This document shows positions 47,597-58,017 of a stretch of 64,000 nt of DNA, piece by piece. The stretch's first letter is position 1, and each line of letters begins with the position of its first letter. The position numbers and the translations under genes are program-made. The notes beneath the pieces were generated by a model. It was not told the DNA's origin. It did no database searches and saw nothing but the letters and a program-made list of their open reading frames with translations. The stretch is from Spirochaetia bacterium (lineage in GTDB: Bacteria > Spirochaetota > Spirochaetia > SZUA-6 > Bin103), in assembly GCA_965208575.1 (NCBI GenBank), contig CBDBOV010000002.1, positions 742,450 to 806,449 of the forward strand, given 5' to 3'.

Positions 47597-48595
47597 GTGT
47601 TAGGGTTCATCGTTCGCCGGTCCATCACGCTGATCCCCATCCTGTTCTTGATCTCGATCGTGTCGTTCGTCATCATCGAGCTTCCGCCCGGCAACTTTAT
47701 GCACATCCAAATCATGCAGCTCCGCATGAGCGGCGTCGCGATCGACGACAGCGAAGCCGACCGCCTGGAGGCGATGTACGGCTTCGACCTGCCGATCCAC
47801 CAGCGGTACCTGCGCTGGATGCGGGGCATCGTGTTCAACTTCAACTTCGGCTGGTCGTTCCAGTGGGCGCGCCCGGTGAACGACCTGCTGGCCGAGCGCC
47901 TGCCACTGACCCTGCTCATCTCGCTGCTGTCGCTGGTGGTGTCGTGGCTGATCGCCCTCCCCATCGGCATCTACTCCGCCACCCACCAGTATTCGACTCC
48001 CGACTATGCCTTTACCTTCTTCGGCTTCCTGGGCCTCGCCATCCCCGGATTCCTGCTGGCGCTGGTCATGGCCTGGGTGCTGTTCCGGTTCTTTGGTTTT
48101 TCCTCCAGCGGCCTGTACGACATCTCCTTCGTGGGAGAGCCGATGTCGTGGCCGAAGTTCGTGAGCATCCTGCAGCACCTGATCCTGCCGCTGCTGATCA
48201 TCGGCCTGGCCGGCACCGGCGCCACCATCCGGATCATGCGCGGCAACCTGCTCGACGAGCTGAAGCGTCAGTACGTGGTGACGGCCCGCTCCAAGGGCGT
48301 GGCCGAACTCAGGCTGCTGTTCAAGTATCCGGTGCGGCTCGCGATGAACCCGGTGCTCAGCACCATCGGCTGGGTACTGCCCGCCATCTTCTCCGGCGAG
48401 GTGCTCGTCTCTCTCGTGCTGGGCCTGCAAACCACCGGCCCGCTGTTGCTGCGGGCCGTGCTCGCGCAGGACATGTTCCTCGCCGGCAGCATCGTGCTGA
48501 TATTGAGCACCCTCACCGTGATCGGCACCCTGGTCTCGGATATCCTGCTGGCCTGGCTCGATCCGCGCATCCGCTACGGGGCGGTGAGCAGATGA
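47597..48595 (+). CDS. ABC permease (OppB-like)
   Basis: ELPPG, YVVTARSKG, KYPVRLAMNP, LDPRIRY. Confidence 0.92.
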   Translation: MLGFIVRRSITLIPILFLISIVSFVIIELPPGNFMHIQIMQLRMSGVAIDDSEADRLEAMYGFDLPIHQRYLRWMRGIVFNFNFGWSFQWARPVNDLLAERLPLTLLISLLSLVVSWLIALPIGIYSATHQYSTPDYAFTFFGFLGLAIPGFLLALVMAWVLFRFFGFSSSGLYDISFVGEPMSWPKFVSILQHLILPLLIIGLAGTGATIRIMRGNLLDELKRQYVVTARSKGVAELRLLFKYPVRLAMNPVLSTIGWVLPAIFSGEVLVSLVLGLQTTGPLLLRAVLAQDMFLAGSIVLILSTLTVIGTLVSDILLAWLDPRIRYGAVSR

Positions 48596-49779
48596 GCCAC
48601 CGCGATTCCCCGGACCGTCTAGCGAACCTTCCCGGCCCGGACGCGCCCGACGAGACCGCCGTCACCTTCGGCGGCGAACGGGTCGACGAGAGCATCTACT
48701 ACGCCAGCCAGTGGCAGTTGATCTGGTGGCGCTTCCGCCGCCACCGCCTTGCCATCGGCTCCGGCGTCCTGCTGGCCCTGATCTACCTCCTGTCGATGTT
48801 CTCAGGCTTCTTCAGCCCCTACTCGCCCAGCCAGCGCTTCGACCAGTACCAGCAGGCGCCCCCGATGCGGATCCGGCTCCTCAACGAAGGCCGCTTCATC
48901 GGGCCCCACTACTTCGGCCTCGAGCGGGAGCTGGACACCGAGACCTTCCGCTACGAGTTCGTCTACGACGAGAGCCAGGTCTACCCGCTCCGGCTGTTCG
49001 TCCGCGGCGAGCCCTACGAGTTCCTGGGGCTGTTCCCGACCGACATCCACTTCTTCGGCACCCCGGCCGAGACCCCCCCGCCGCTGCTGCTGTTCGGCGC
49101 GGACCGGCTCGGCCGCGACATCTTCAGCCGCACCCTCAACGGCGGCCGCATCTCGTTGTCGATCGGGCTCATCGGGGTGCTGTTGAGCTTCGTCCTGGGT
49201 GTCGTCCTTGGCGGCATCTCCGGCTACTTCGGCGGTGTGGTCGACGAGATCGTCCAGCGCACGGTCGACTTCTTGATCTCGATTCCGCAGTTGCCCCTGT
49301 GGATGGCGCTGTCGGCGGCGCTGCCGCGGGACTGGCCGGTGCTGCGGACCTATTTCGCCATCACCATCATCCTCTCGATCGTTGGCTGGACCAGCCTCGC
49401 CCGCGTGGTGCGCGGCAAGTTGCTCTCGCTCCGGGAGGAGGACTACGCCCTCGCCGCGCAGGCGGCCGGGGCCGGCAAGCGCCGGATCATCTTCAAGCAC
49501 CTGCTGCCGGGCTTCACCAGCCACCTGATCGTGAGCATCACCCTGGCGGTTCCCGGCATGATCCTCGCCGAGACCGCCCTCAGCTTCATCGGGCTCGGCA
49601 TCCAGCCGCCCGCCGTGAGCTGGGGCACGCTGCTGCAAGACGCCCAGGACATCGTCGCCATTGCGCATCAGCCGTGGCAGTTGATCCCCGCCATCTTCGT
49701 GATCGCCACCGTGCTGCTGTTCAACTTCATCGGCGACGGCCTGCGCGACGCCGCCGACCCCTACTCGGAGGCGAACTGA
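48592..49779 (+). CDS. ABC permease (OppC-like)
   Basis: SQWQLIWWRFRRH, GADRLGRD, ETALSFIGLG, GDGLRDAADP. Confidence 0.92.
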   Translation: MSHRDSPDRLANLPGPDAPDETAVTFGGERVDESIYYASQWQLIWWRFRRHRLAIGSGVLLALIYLLSMFSGFFSPYSPSQRFDQYQQAPPMRIRLLNEGRFIGPHYFGLERELDTETFRYEFVYDESQVYPLRLFVRGEPYEFLGLFPTDIHFFGTPAETPPPLLLFGADRLGRDIFSRTLNGGRISLSIGLIGVLLSFVLGVVLGGISGYFGGVVDEIVQRTVDFLISIPQLPLWMALSAALPRDWPVLRTYFAITIILSIVGWTSLARVVRGKLLSLREEDYALAAQAAGAGKRRIIFKHLLPGFTSHLIVSITLAVPGMILAETALSFIGLGIQPPAVSWGTLLQDAQDIVAIAHQPWQLIPAIFVIATVLLFNFIGDGLRDAADPYSEAN

Positions 49780-49780
49780 G

Positions 49781-50848
49781 GTGGCGGATCCCCGGGCGCT
49801 CGTCGAGGTGAAAGACCTCCAGGTGCACTTCCACCTGGCCGAGGGCGTGGTGCGCGCCGTCGACGGGGTGAACTTCGAGATCCACCCGGGCCGGACGCTC
49901 GGCGTGATCGGTGAGAGCGGCTCGGGCAAGTCCGTATCGGCGCAGTCGATCCTCGGCATCGTGCCCTCGCCGCCCGCGAAGCTGGTTGGCGGACAGATCC
50001 TGCTGAACATCGAGAACCAGGAGACCGGCACCGTGAGCAGCGTCGACCTGGCCAAGCTGCCAAAGACGGGGACGGAGTACCGGGGCATTCGCGGCAGGGA
50101 CATCGGCATGATCTTCCAGGAACCGATGACCTCGTTCAGCCCGGTGCACACCATCGGCAACCAGATCATGGAGTCGCTGCTGCTGCACACCGATCTCGAC
50201 AAGAAGGGCGCCCGCGCGCGCGCCGCCGAGCTGCTCGGCCACGTCGGCATCCCCAACCCGCATCGCAACGTCGACGCCTACCCGCACGAGTTCTCGGGCG
50301 GCATGCGCCAGCGCGCGATGATCGCCATGGCGCTGGCGTGCCAGCCCCGGCTGCTCATCGCCGACGAGCCCACCACCGCCCTCGACGTCACCATCGAGGC
50401 GCAGATCCTCAACCTCATCCAGGAGCTGCAGCAGGAGCTGCACATGGCGATTCTCTACATCAGCCACGACCTCGCCGTGGTCGGAGGTCTCGCCGACGAG
50501 ATCATGGTGATGTACATGGGTATGGTGATGGAATACGCCAGCGCGGACGCCATCTTCGACGACCCCAAGCACCCCTACACCCAGGCGCTGTGGCGTTCGA
50601 TCCCGCGCATCGACGGGCCGCTCGAAGAGCTGGTGCCGATCACCGGCAACGTGCCGAGCCCGTTCGCCGTCCAGCGCGGCTGCCCGTTCTCCACCCGCTG
50701 CCCGCAGTGCATCCCGGGCGTCTGCGACGAGCGCCGGCCGCCGGAGATCGAGGTCGGCCCGAACCACACCGTACGCTGCTTCCTGTACACCGACGACCAC
50801 CAGGCCGACAGCGGCGCCGCCGACAAGGGGAGGTGGGAGGGACCGTGA
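49781..50848 (+). CDS. ABC ATP-binding protein (OppD-like)
   Basis: [27 protein letters not shown]-terminal GCPF..RC. Confidence 0.93.
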   Translation: MADPRALVEVKDLQVHFHLAEGVVRAVDGVNFEIHPGRTLGVIGESGSGKSVSAQSILGIVPSPPAKLVGGQILLNIENQETGTVSSVDLAKLPKTGTEYRGIRGRDIGMIFQEPMTSFSPVHTIGNQIMESLLLHTDLDKKGARARAAELLGHVGIPNPHRNVDAYPHEFSGGMRQRAMIAMALACQPRLLIADEPTTALDVTIEAQILNLIQELQQELHMAILYISHDLAVVGGLADEIMVMYMGMVMEYASADAIFDDPKHPYTQALWRSIPRIDGPLEELVPITGNVPSPFAVQRGCPFSTRCPQCIPGVCDERRPPEIEVGPNHTVRCFLYTDDHQADSGAADKGRWEGP

Positions 50849-51924
50849 CCCGGGAACGAGACGAGACGACCGCGACGCCCACCGCGCCCGCGACCGAAGC
50901 GCGCACGCCGCTCCTCGAGGTGCGGGATCTCAAGAAGTACTTCCCCGTCCAGCAGGGCTTCCTGCGCCGCACCGTGGGCTACGTGAAGGCCGTCGACGGC
51001 GTGAGCTTCACCGTCGATCCGGGTGAAACGCTGGGCATCGTCGGCGAGAGCGGCTGCGGCAAGACCACCCTCGGCCGCTGCCTGCTGCGCCTCTACGAGC
51101 CCACCGACGGCGCCATCGGGCTCAACCTCGACGAGGGTTCTCTCGACGTCATGGACCTGAGCGGCGACGACATGAAGCTGTTCCGGCGCCGGGCGCAGAT
51201 CATCTTCCAGGACCCCTTCTCATCGCTCAACCCGCGCCTCAGCATCCTCGATACCGTCGGCGAGCCGCTGCTGGTGAACAACGTGGCCCGCGGCCGCGAG
51301 CTCGAGGAGCGCGTCAGGGAGGTGATCGTGCAGGTCGGGCTGCGGGTCGAGCACCTGCGCCGCTTCCCGCACAGCTTCAGCGGCGGGCAGCGCCAGCGCA
51401 TCGGCATCGCCCGGGCGCTGGTGGTCAACCCCAAGATTGTCGTCGCGGACGAGCCCGTATCGGCCCTCGACGTCTCCATCCAGGCGCAGATCCTGAACCT
51501 CCTGGTGCGCCTGCAGGAGGAGTTCCACCTCACCTACCTGTTCGTGTCGCACGACATGAGCGTGGTCCGTTACATCTGCGACCGCATCGCGGTGATGTAC
51601 GCCGGCAGGATCGTCGAGCTCGGGCCCAAGGCCGATGTCCTGTCCGAGCCGCGCCAACCCTACACGGAGCTGCTGCTGGCCGCCGTGCCGCGCACCGCCA
51701 GGGGGGTCCGCGGTCAGCGCACCATCACCCCCGGCGAGCCGCCCGACCTCTCCAACCTGCCGTCGGGCTGCGTTTTCCGCGACCGCTGCAAGTACGCCCA
51801 GGACATCTGCGCCGAGCAGGAGCCTCTCCTGCAGAAGGTCGATGACAAACACTTCGCGAGCTGCCACTTCGCGGACTCGCTTGTGCTCGAGGGCATTCGC
51901 ACGGCCGCCGCGGGCAACTCCTGA
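50845..51924 (+). CDS. ABC ATP-binding protein (OppF-like)
   Basis: GESGCGKTT, FSGGQRQR, VADEPVSALD, GCVF..RC. Confidence 0.93.
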   Translation: MTRERDETTATPTAPATEARTPLLEVRDLKKYFPVQQGFLRRTVGYVKAVDGVSFTVDPGETLGIVGESGCGKTTLGRCLLRLYEPTDGAIGLNLDEGSLDVMDLSGDDMKLFRRRAQIIFQDPFSSLNPRLSILDTVGEPLLVNNVARGRELEERVREVIVQVGLRVEHLRRFPHSFSGGQRQRIGIARALVVNPKIVVADEPVSALDVSIQAQILNLLVRLQEEFHLTYLFVSHDMSVVRYICDRIAVMYAGRIVELGPKADVLSEPRQPYTELLLAAVPRTARGVRGQRTITPGEPPDLSNLPSGCVFRDRCKYAQDICAEQEPLLQKVDDKHFASCHFADSLVLEGIRTAAAGNS

Positions 51925-51938
51925 CCGGCGGCGCCGAT

Positions 51939-52213
51939 TCAGGCAGCGGCGGCGAGCTTGCGGAACAGGTCGCGGAAGATCGGGTCGCGGTGCACGAAGC
52001 TGGCGCAGCGGATCGGGTGGCGGCGGCGGTCGACGCTCCAGGCTTCGAGGTAATCCTCGACCGCATCGTGAAATGCTTCGCGCAGATCGGCGACGGTATC
52101 GGCATGAAAGCCGACACCGTCGCGAATGCCGGCGATCCGGCCGGTAAAGTCCCGTCTTCGTCGTCGTATTCAATCCGTGCCGAATAGCCCTTGTAGGTCA
52201 TCGTATTGGTCAT
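51939..52213 (-). pseudogene. HicB antitoxin N-half (frameshift near 52147) fused to the 3' end of another gene (nucleoside-hydrolase-like)
   Basis: MTYKGYSARIEYDDEDG / FTGRIAGIRDGVGFHADTVADLREAFHDAVEDYLEA, then WSVDRRRHPIR..FVHRDPIFRDLFRKL. Confidence 0.75.
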
Positions 52214-52365
52214 GGGTTACTCCGATCCGCTCCGGAACCGCGCGAGCCGCGTGAACTTGGTACCGTCTTCGCCTCCTTGCTCCGGTGCAGCCTGTGGAAC
52301 GACCGCTTTGAACGTCTGGTCCGAAAATGGCGGCCACCGTGCACTGCCCCATGCGCCGTTTTCAT
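52210..52365 (-). pseudogene. HicA toxin remnant, internally deleted and frameshifted
   Basis: Fragments TVAAIF, SFHRLH.SKEAK and RYQV.AAR..ERIGVT in different frames. Confidence 0.65.
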
Positions 52366-52493
52366 GGTCTTCCATATCACGGAGTGGCCGTTGAGACTTG
52401 TCTGCGTTGCGCTGAGCACAGCACACATTGGGGAGATCAAAGAGGGAGATCAAAGAGGCGCCGTATGTAGTACAATGATGATGGAGTTGTGCC

Positions 52494-52826
52494 ATGAAAA
52501 ACATCACCGTGTCCGTCGACGACCATACTCACAAGCTGGCCCGCATTCGGGCAGCCGAGTTGGACACATCGGTGTCGGCGTTGGTGCGGGAGTTTCTGCG
52601 GAGTCTCACCCGGGGATCCGATGAGCGGTCCCCGTCAGGGGGGCAGGCTGCAGACGCGGACCTCCAAAGCCGGCGCCGGCTACTGCAGGAGACGTTCAAG
52701 GACTTCGACGCGCGTGGCATTGGCTTGCGTATGTCCGACAACCTGTCTCGGGAAGAGCTACACGACCGCGACCGCGCTCGTGCGGACGCCGCGATTGAAC
52801 GCCAGCACGGCGGCGGGTCCGCATAG
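52494..52826 (+). CDS. Ribbon-helix-helix antitoxin
   Basis: MKNITVSVDD....ARIRAAE..TSVSALVREFL...LSREELHDR. Confidence 0.85.
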   Translation: MKNITVSVDDHTHKLARIRAAELDTSVSALVREFLRSLTRGSDERSPSGGQAADADLQSRRRLLQETFKDFDARGIGLRMSDNLSREELHDRDRARADAAIERQHGGGSA

Positions 52827-52835
52827 ATACTTGCG

Positions 52836-53252
52836 ATGCGCCTCGTCGACACCAACGTGCTGCTGTATGCGTCCAGCCGGTTGCCGGAGGAGGCCAACAA
52901 ACGCAGTTGCGCACGTGAACTGCTGAGGGAACCTGATCTCGCCGTATCGGTCCAGATGCTGCAGGAATTCTACCACCAGGCGACTCGCCCGACCCGTCCG
53001 GGTAGACTGTCCGACGAGGATGCCCTGCGATTCATGGAGCCGATCATGAAGATGCCCGTACAAGCGGTAACCCTGGCGGTGTTTCGCGATGGGGTGTCGA
53101 TCAGCCGACGCTTCGGACTGTCGTACTGGGATGGGGCAATCCTGGCCGCCGCACGCGCTCTCGGTTGCGATGCCGTGTATTCGGAAGACCTCAGCGCGGA
53201 GCAGGATTACGACGGGCTCCGGGTAATCAATCCCTTTCCTGAAGCGCCTTGA
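52836..53252 (+). CDS. vapC: PIN-domain (VapC) toxin
   Basis: LVDTNVLLYA, SVQMLQEFY, LSYWDGAILAAA..LGC..VYSEDL...G.RVINPF. Confidence 0.9.
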   Translation: MRLVDTNVLLYASSRLPEEANKRSCARELLREPDLAVSVQMLQEFYHQATRPTRPGRLSDEDALRFMEPIMKMPVQAVTLAVFRDGVSISRRFGLSYWDGAILAAARALGCDAVYSEDLSAEQDYDGLRVINPFPEAP

Positions 53253-53437
53253 GCGTAGTGATTCGATCGTTGCTTTGCTTGACACACACGCGGTGCCAGA
53301 GGACACTCGTGCCTACTGGCTAGATATGCGGGCGGGTGGCGCTGGCGGGACGATGGTAATGACGCCAACCGCCATTGTTGCGACCGGTACGGGTGACGCA
53401 GTTCATGCGGTCTGGCTCCCTGAAGGAGGGACGCATC

Positions 53438-54199
53438 GTGAGGTTCGACAATCGGGTTGCCTGGGTCACCGGCGGTGGTCGCGGCATCGGCAGGGCCCTG
53501 GCCCTGGCCCTGGCCAGGGAAGGCGTCAGTGTCGCGATCAGCTCCCGCACCGATGCCGAGATCAATGCCGTGGCCGACGAGGTACGCGCGACCGGCGCTC
53601 GGGCGCTGGCCGTGCGCGCCGACGCCATGTCGCTGGCCGATACCCTTGCCTGCGCCAGGCAGATCGAGGCAGGGCTGGGACCGGTCGACATTCTGGTCAA
53701 CAACGCCGGTGGCGGCACCCCGCCACCCGACGACCCCTCCCTGACGCCGGAGCAGGTGGACGAGCAGTCCTTCATCGACAACGTCGACCTCAACCTGTTT
53801 TCGGCCTACCGGGCCACGCAGGCCGTGCTGCCGGGTATGGTGGAGCGCAAGTGGGGGCGTATCATCAACATCGGTTCGGGGTACGCCCGGCATTCAGGTG
53901 GAGACTTCGCCTACACGGCGGCCAAGCACGGCATCGTGGGCCTGACCCGGGCCATGGCCGCCAAGGTCGCCCTGGACGGCGTGTGCATCAACTGCCTGTG
54001 CCCCACCTGGACGCACACGCGGCTCATCAATTACGACAACTGGACCGAGGAGCAGCGCCGCGAGCGTACCGCCGCCAACCTGCAGAAGCGGATACTGCAG
54101 CCGGAAGAGCTGGGTCCGATGGCAGTGCTGCTGGCCTCCGAGGAAGGCTCCAGCATGACCGGGCAGGTGGTGTGCGTGGACGGCGGCGACTGGATCTGA
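53438..54199 (+). CDS. Short-chain dehydrogenase/reductase
   Basis: TGGGRGIG, LVNNAG, YTAAK, TGQVVCVDGG; AAGGAGG RBS. Confidence 0.92.
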   Translation: MRFDNRVAWVTGGGRGIGRALALALAREGVSVAISSRTDAEINAVADEVRATGARALAVRADAMSLADTLACARQIEAGLGPVDILVNNAGGGTPPPDDPSLTPEQVDEQSFIDNVDLNLFSAYRATQAVLPGMVERKWGRIINIGSGYARHSGGDFAYTAAKHGIVGLTRAMAAKVALDGVCINCLCPTWTHTRLINYDNWTEEQRRERTAANLQKRILQPEELGPMAVLLASEEGSSMTGQVVCVDGGDWI

Positions 54200-54251
54200 G
54201 AAGATAATCGACCTATTTGGAAACAACGTTTCATCCATCGAGGAGAGCAAG

Positions 54252-55049
54252 ATGATCCGATTGGTGTTTGCGCTGCGGCGCAAGTCAGGCATGAGCGTAG
54301 AGGACTTCCAGGAGCACCTGGTGCGGAAGTACGGCCCGTTGATGGCCAGCTTCGGCGACGTGCTCGGTGTGCGCAAGTACGTACAGTCCGTTACATTGGA
54401 CGGGGATCCCGCGACCGCGGGCTGGATCGAAAGCCGCGGCAGTGAAATGGAGCCCTCCTATGACGCGGTCAGTGAAGTCTGGTGGGATACACTGGACAAA
54501 CTGAGCGCAACGCTGAGCTCGTCAGAAGGCAAAGCGGCCTGGGCTGCGCTGCTGGCGGAGGAGCAGAAGTTCATCGACCATGCCAACTCGCCGCTCTGGC
54601 TCGCTCACGAATACCCGCAAGTCAACTCGCTGCCCGAGAATCTCGTGGCCCGCCCGCTGAGCAATCTGGTCAAGTTCGTGTTCACGCTGCGACACCCGAC
54701 CAGCATGTCTCTAGCGGAAGCTCAGCACTACTGGCTGTCCTACCACGGCCCGGTGCTTCGCAACAGCGTGTCCGGTAGCGCCGCCATTCAGCGCTACTTC
54801 CAGGTGCACCGCTTCGATCATGAGCTGGCCGATCAGCTCCGCGAGGCGCGCGGCACGCAGGCGGAGCCCTACACGGGGGTGGCCGAGTTGTGGTTTGCAC
54901 GCCCGTCCAAGAGCGACCCCACCTCGGAAGGAGCCGCAGCCGACCGAATCATCAAGGCGGACGAGCGCAAGTTCATCGATCTGCAGCGATCCGCCGTCCA
55001 GTTCACCAAGGAGCGGGTGTTCATCGATCACGTGCTGTGTGAGATATAG
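54252..55049 (+). CDS. Tandem EthD-domain protein
   Basis: RRKSGMSVEDF..H; YDAVSEVWWD; second repeat LRHP..MS..EAQ.YW...HGP...Y.GVAELWF...DERKFID. Confidence 0.85.
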   Translation: MIRLVFALRRKSGMSVEDFQEHLVRKYGPLMASFGDVLGVRKYVQSVTLDGDPATAGWIESRGSEMEPSYDAVSEVWWDTLDKLSATLSSSEGKAAWAALLAEEQKFIDHANSPLWLAHEYPQVNSLPENLVARPLSNLVKFVFTLRHPTSMSLAEAQHYWLSYHGPVLRNSVSGSAAIQRYFQVHRFDHELADQLREARGTQAEPYTGVAELWFARPSKSDPTSEGAAADRIIKADERKFIDLQRSAVQFTKERVFIDHVLCEI

Positions 55050-55697
55050 AGTAGTCATCGTCGGAACGGGAAGAATCTCCCGCGCACATGCGAGGGCGTG
55101 CCGGCAAAACGAGCAGACCGATCTCGTGGCTGCCTGCGACGTTTCGCAGGCAGCCGTGGATTCGTTCGGCCGGCAGTTCGCAGTCGATCGCAGGTACACC
55201 GTCCTCGAGGAGATGCTGGAGAAGGAGCCGATCGACATCGCGATAACCTGCACCGGGCGGTGTATCAGCCCGCCGCGGCCATCCGGATTGCCGAGTCAGG
55301 GCGGGTCAGGACGATGTTGTGCGAAAAGCCGCTTTCCCAGACGGCGGCTGACGCCGAAGCGTTGATCGCGGCCTGCCGCAACAACGGCGTACTGGTCGCC
55401 GAGGGGTGGAAGTTTCGCCACCATCCCCAGCATCTGAAGGCCAAGCAGATTATCGAAGGGGGCGGCATCGGCGAGGTGATGCATATCCTCAGTACCTTCT
55501 ACGACCGGTTCGAAGACCGGCGCCCGAACACCAGCCGTTTCATCAGCAGCGTCGGGGGCGGGGCGGTGCGCTGGATGGGGTGTTACAACCTCCACCATGC
55601 GCTGTGGATCTTCGGTGAGGAGCCGGAGCGCGTGTATGCCGCCCAGATGAAGGGTGCCGAGGTGGAAGATGCCGCGTCCGTGTTGCTGACCTTTAGC

Positions 55698-57674
55698 CCG
55701 AAGTTCCAGAGCGGGAATCTTGTTAATTCGTTATTGATCTGAAAATTGCGCTCAACAGCCGATGTCCGTTACTGGCTACACTTGGGCGCTGACCTCCAGG
55801 AGATCGAAACAGCGCTGCTGCAGCGCGGTCGGTTCGCTGTGCATGGTGAACGTGGCGCCGCTATCCACTATCCGCACGCGGTTGGCCGTCAGCGTCCCCA
55901 ACTCGCTCATCAGGCTGCGAAAGCTGTGCACCGGCAGACCGTCGTCGGTACGCTTGCTCGCCGCCTTCCGGTGTGCGGCCGGTGAGCGTTCCGCCGGTTG
56001 CACCACCGACTCGCGCAGCGCCTCGCCGGCGGCGCGGTCGTGGTCGTCGAACAGCACCGGCGCCAGCTTGCTGCGCATGTGCCACTCCACGTAGTAGGCC
56101 AGCATGCACAGGAACACGTGCGCCCGCACCCGGTCAGCACTGCGGTGATAGATCGGTCGCACCTTCAGATCCACCGTTTTCATGCTGCGGAAGGCGCGCT
56201 CCACCTTGGCCAGATCCTTGTACGCCGTCACCGTCTGCTCGGCGTCGAACAGCTCCGGCTCCACGTTGGAGCGCACGATGTAGAGCCCGTCCAGTTCTTC
56301 CTCGGCCGCGATCTTGTCCAGGTCACGCACGAACGAGAACGAGTCGTCGGTGATGGTGGTGGTGAAATGCTTGCCCACCTTGTAGTGGTTGATCACCTTG
56401 CCCACCCGCAGGCCGATCGCGGCGGCGCCGCGCAGCGGCTTTTTGGCGCGCTGCGTGGCCGTCACGATCGGCGTCAGTTCCTCCTCCGTGGAGGCCAGCA
56501 ACTTCTGCCTCTTGCGCTGCCGTTGCTCGGCCAGGATCGGGTTGCGGCACACGATCAGCCGCTCGCCGGGGAACTCGGGTGAGCTGATCTCCGCCAGGTC
56601 ACGCTCGTCGAACATGGTCTGCGCCACTTCGCCGGCCTCGATCAGCTTGCGGATGGTGGGCGCCCGCAGGGTCGTGATCCAGCGCAGGCCGTCGATCCCC
56701 TGCAGGTCCTCGCGGATGCGCGCGCCGGTGAGCATGCCGCGGTCGCCGACCAGCACGACGCGCTGCAAGCCGAAACGGTTGCGAATCTTGTCGACCTGAG
56801 CGGCGACCGTCTTGGGGTCACTGGTGGAGCCCTCGAATACCTCGACGGCGATGGGACAGCCGTCTGCGGTACACAGCAGGCCGAACACGATCTGCAAGGT
56901 GCCGCGTTTGCCGTCGCGGCTGTGACCACGGCGCGCCAACGGGCAGGTGTGGCCATGGAAGTAACTGGAAGTCAGGTCGTACAACATGAGCGTGTTGTCA
57001 TGCAGATGGCGCTTGGCCAAGCGCTGCTCGATGCCGTGCTGGCGAGCGAGCAGCCAATCCATGGCGGCATACAGCTCATTCTCGTCGACGGCTCCCAACT
57101 GCAGCAGGTGGCCGAGGGAGGAGACGGCGCTTTCGGGGTTGAGGCCGCGAGCGGTGGCGAGTTTGGAGCGAGCGTCGACGACGCGAGCGACGATCATGGC
57201 GACGACCAGGTCGCGTTCACGGGAGGCGGGACGAGCGACGAGGGAATGGAGGGAGAGCTTGCGGAGGGAACCGAGGACGGCGGCGACGTGGCCGTGGGGA
57301 TAGCTGCGCAAGATGGAGAGCAGTTCGTTGGGAGAGCGCAGAGCGATACCGCCGTTGAGGAGGACGCGCAAACCCTCGACGAGGTGATCGGGCCACTTGG
57401 AGAGGTTGGCGATGGTGCGTTTTTTGACCTTGCCGTGCTGGCGGAAGGACTCGCGGAGGAGGACGGCCGGGGGAGAGTTGCGGTTGGGGACGGTGTCGAT
57501 GTACATGGGCACCCTACGGAGGGAATGGTAGATCATTTAATAATTACATGTCAACCAGATGAGAGAAAATTAACGCTGAACCACAGGACTATTTACATGG
57601 ACACGATTTACACCCATGAACACGCTAATTCCTGTAATAGGAAACAGTTACAAGAACGGCCTCTCAAACCTCGG
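55698..57674 (-). mobile_element. IS1634-family insertion sequence with 6-bp TSD TTTAGC
   Basis: Ends CCGAAGTT / AACCTCGG; TTTAGC at 55692-55697 and 57675-57680. Confidence 0.92.
55776..57506 (-). CDS. IS1634-family transposase
   Basis: MYIDTVPNRNSPPAVLLRES, LYDLTSSYF.G, GHSRDGK, VGDRGM, VERAFRSMK, RVRAHVFLCMLAY. Confidence 0.95.
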   Translation of the reverse strand: MYIDTVPNRNSPPAVLLRESFRQHGKVKKRTIANLSKWPDHLVEGLRVLLNGGIALRSPNELLSILRSYPHGHVAAVLGSLRKLSLHSLVARPASRERDLVVAMIVARVVDARSKLATARGLNPESAVSSLGHLLQLGAVDENELYAAMDWLLARQHGIEQRLAKRHLHDNTLMLYDLTSSYFHGHTCPLARRGHSRDGKRGTLQIVFGLLCTADGCPIAVEVFEGSTSDPKTVAAQVDKIRNRFGLQRVVLVGDRGMLTGARIREDLQGIDGLRWITTLRAPTIRKLIEAGEVAQTMFDERDLAEISSPEFPGERLIVCRNPILAEQRQRKRQKLLASTEEELTPIVTATQRAKKPLRGAAAIGLRVGKVINHYKVGKHFTTTITDDSFSFVRDLDKIAAEEELDGLYIVRSNVEPELFDAEQTVTAYKDLAKVERAFRSMKTVDLKVRPIYHRSADRVRAHVFLCMLAYYVEWHMRSKLAPVLFDDHDRAAGEALRESVVQPAERSPAAHRKAASKRTDDGLPVHSFRSLMSELGTLTANRVRIVDSGATFTMHSEPTALQQRCFDLLEVSAQV

Positions 57675-58017
57675 TTTAGCGGCGGGCGTACGGCTCTCGT
57701 TTCCGCCGGACATAACTCCTGGAACTCGGAAATCGCGGAGATTCTCGGTACCTCCGGCCTGTTGCGGACCGACAAGGCGTTTGGCGTCGATCCTCAGGTG
57801 ATGGGGGACCTGGAGCACCACACGGCGGACGGGAGAGCCCGGCACCGGTTCGAGCCGGCTGATTCATTCGCCCTGCAGCTTCAGCATCTGCTCGACTGCA
57901 TCGAGAGCGGTCAGACGCACCGTGTCACACCGGAACAGAGCATCGCTCACATGAGGGTAGTCGATGCGGTATTCGAGTCCCTTGCCAGCGGTAAGGCGGT
58001 AGCGGTGGGATCCGGTC

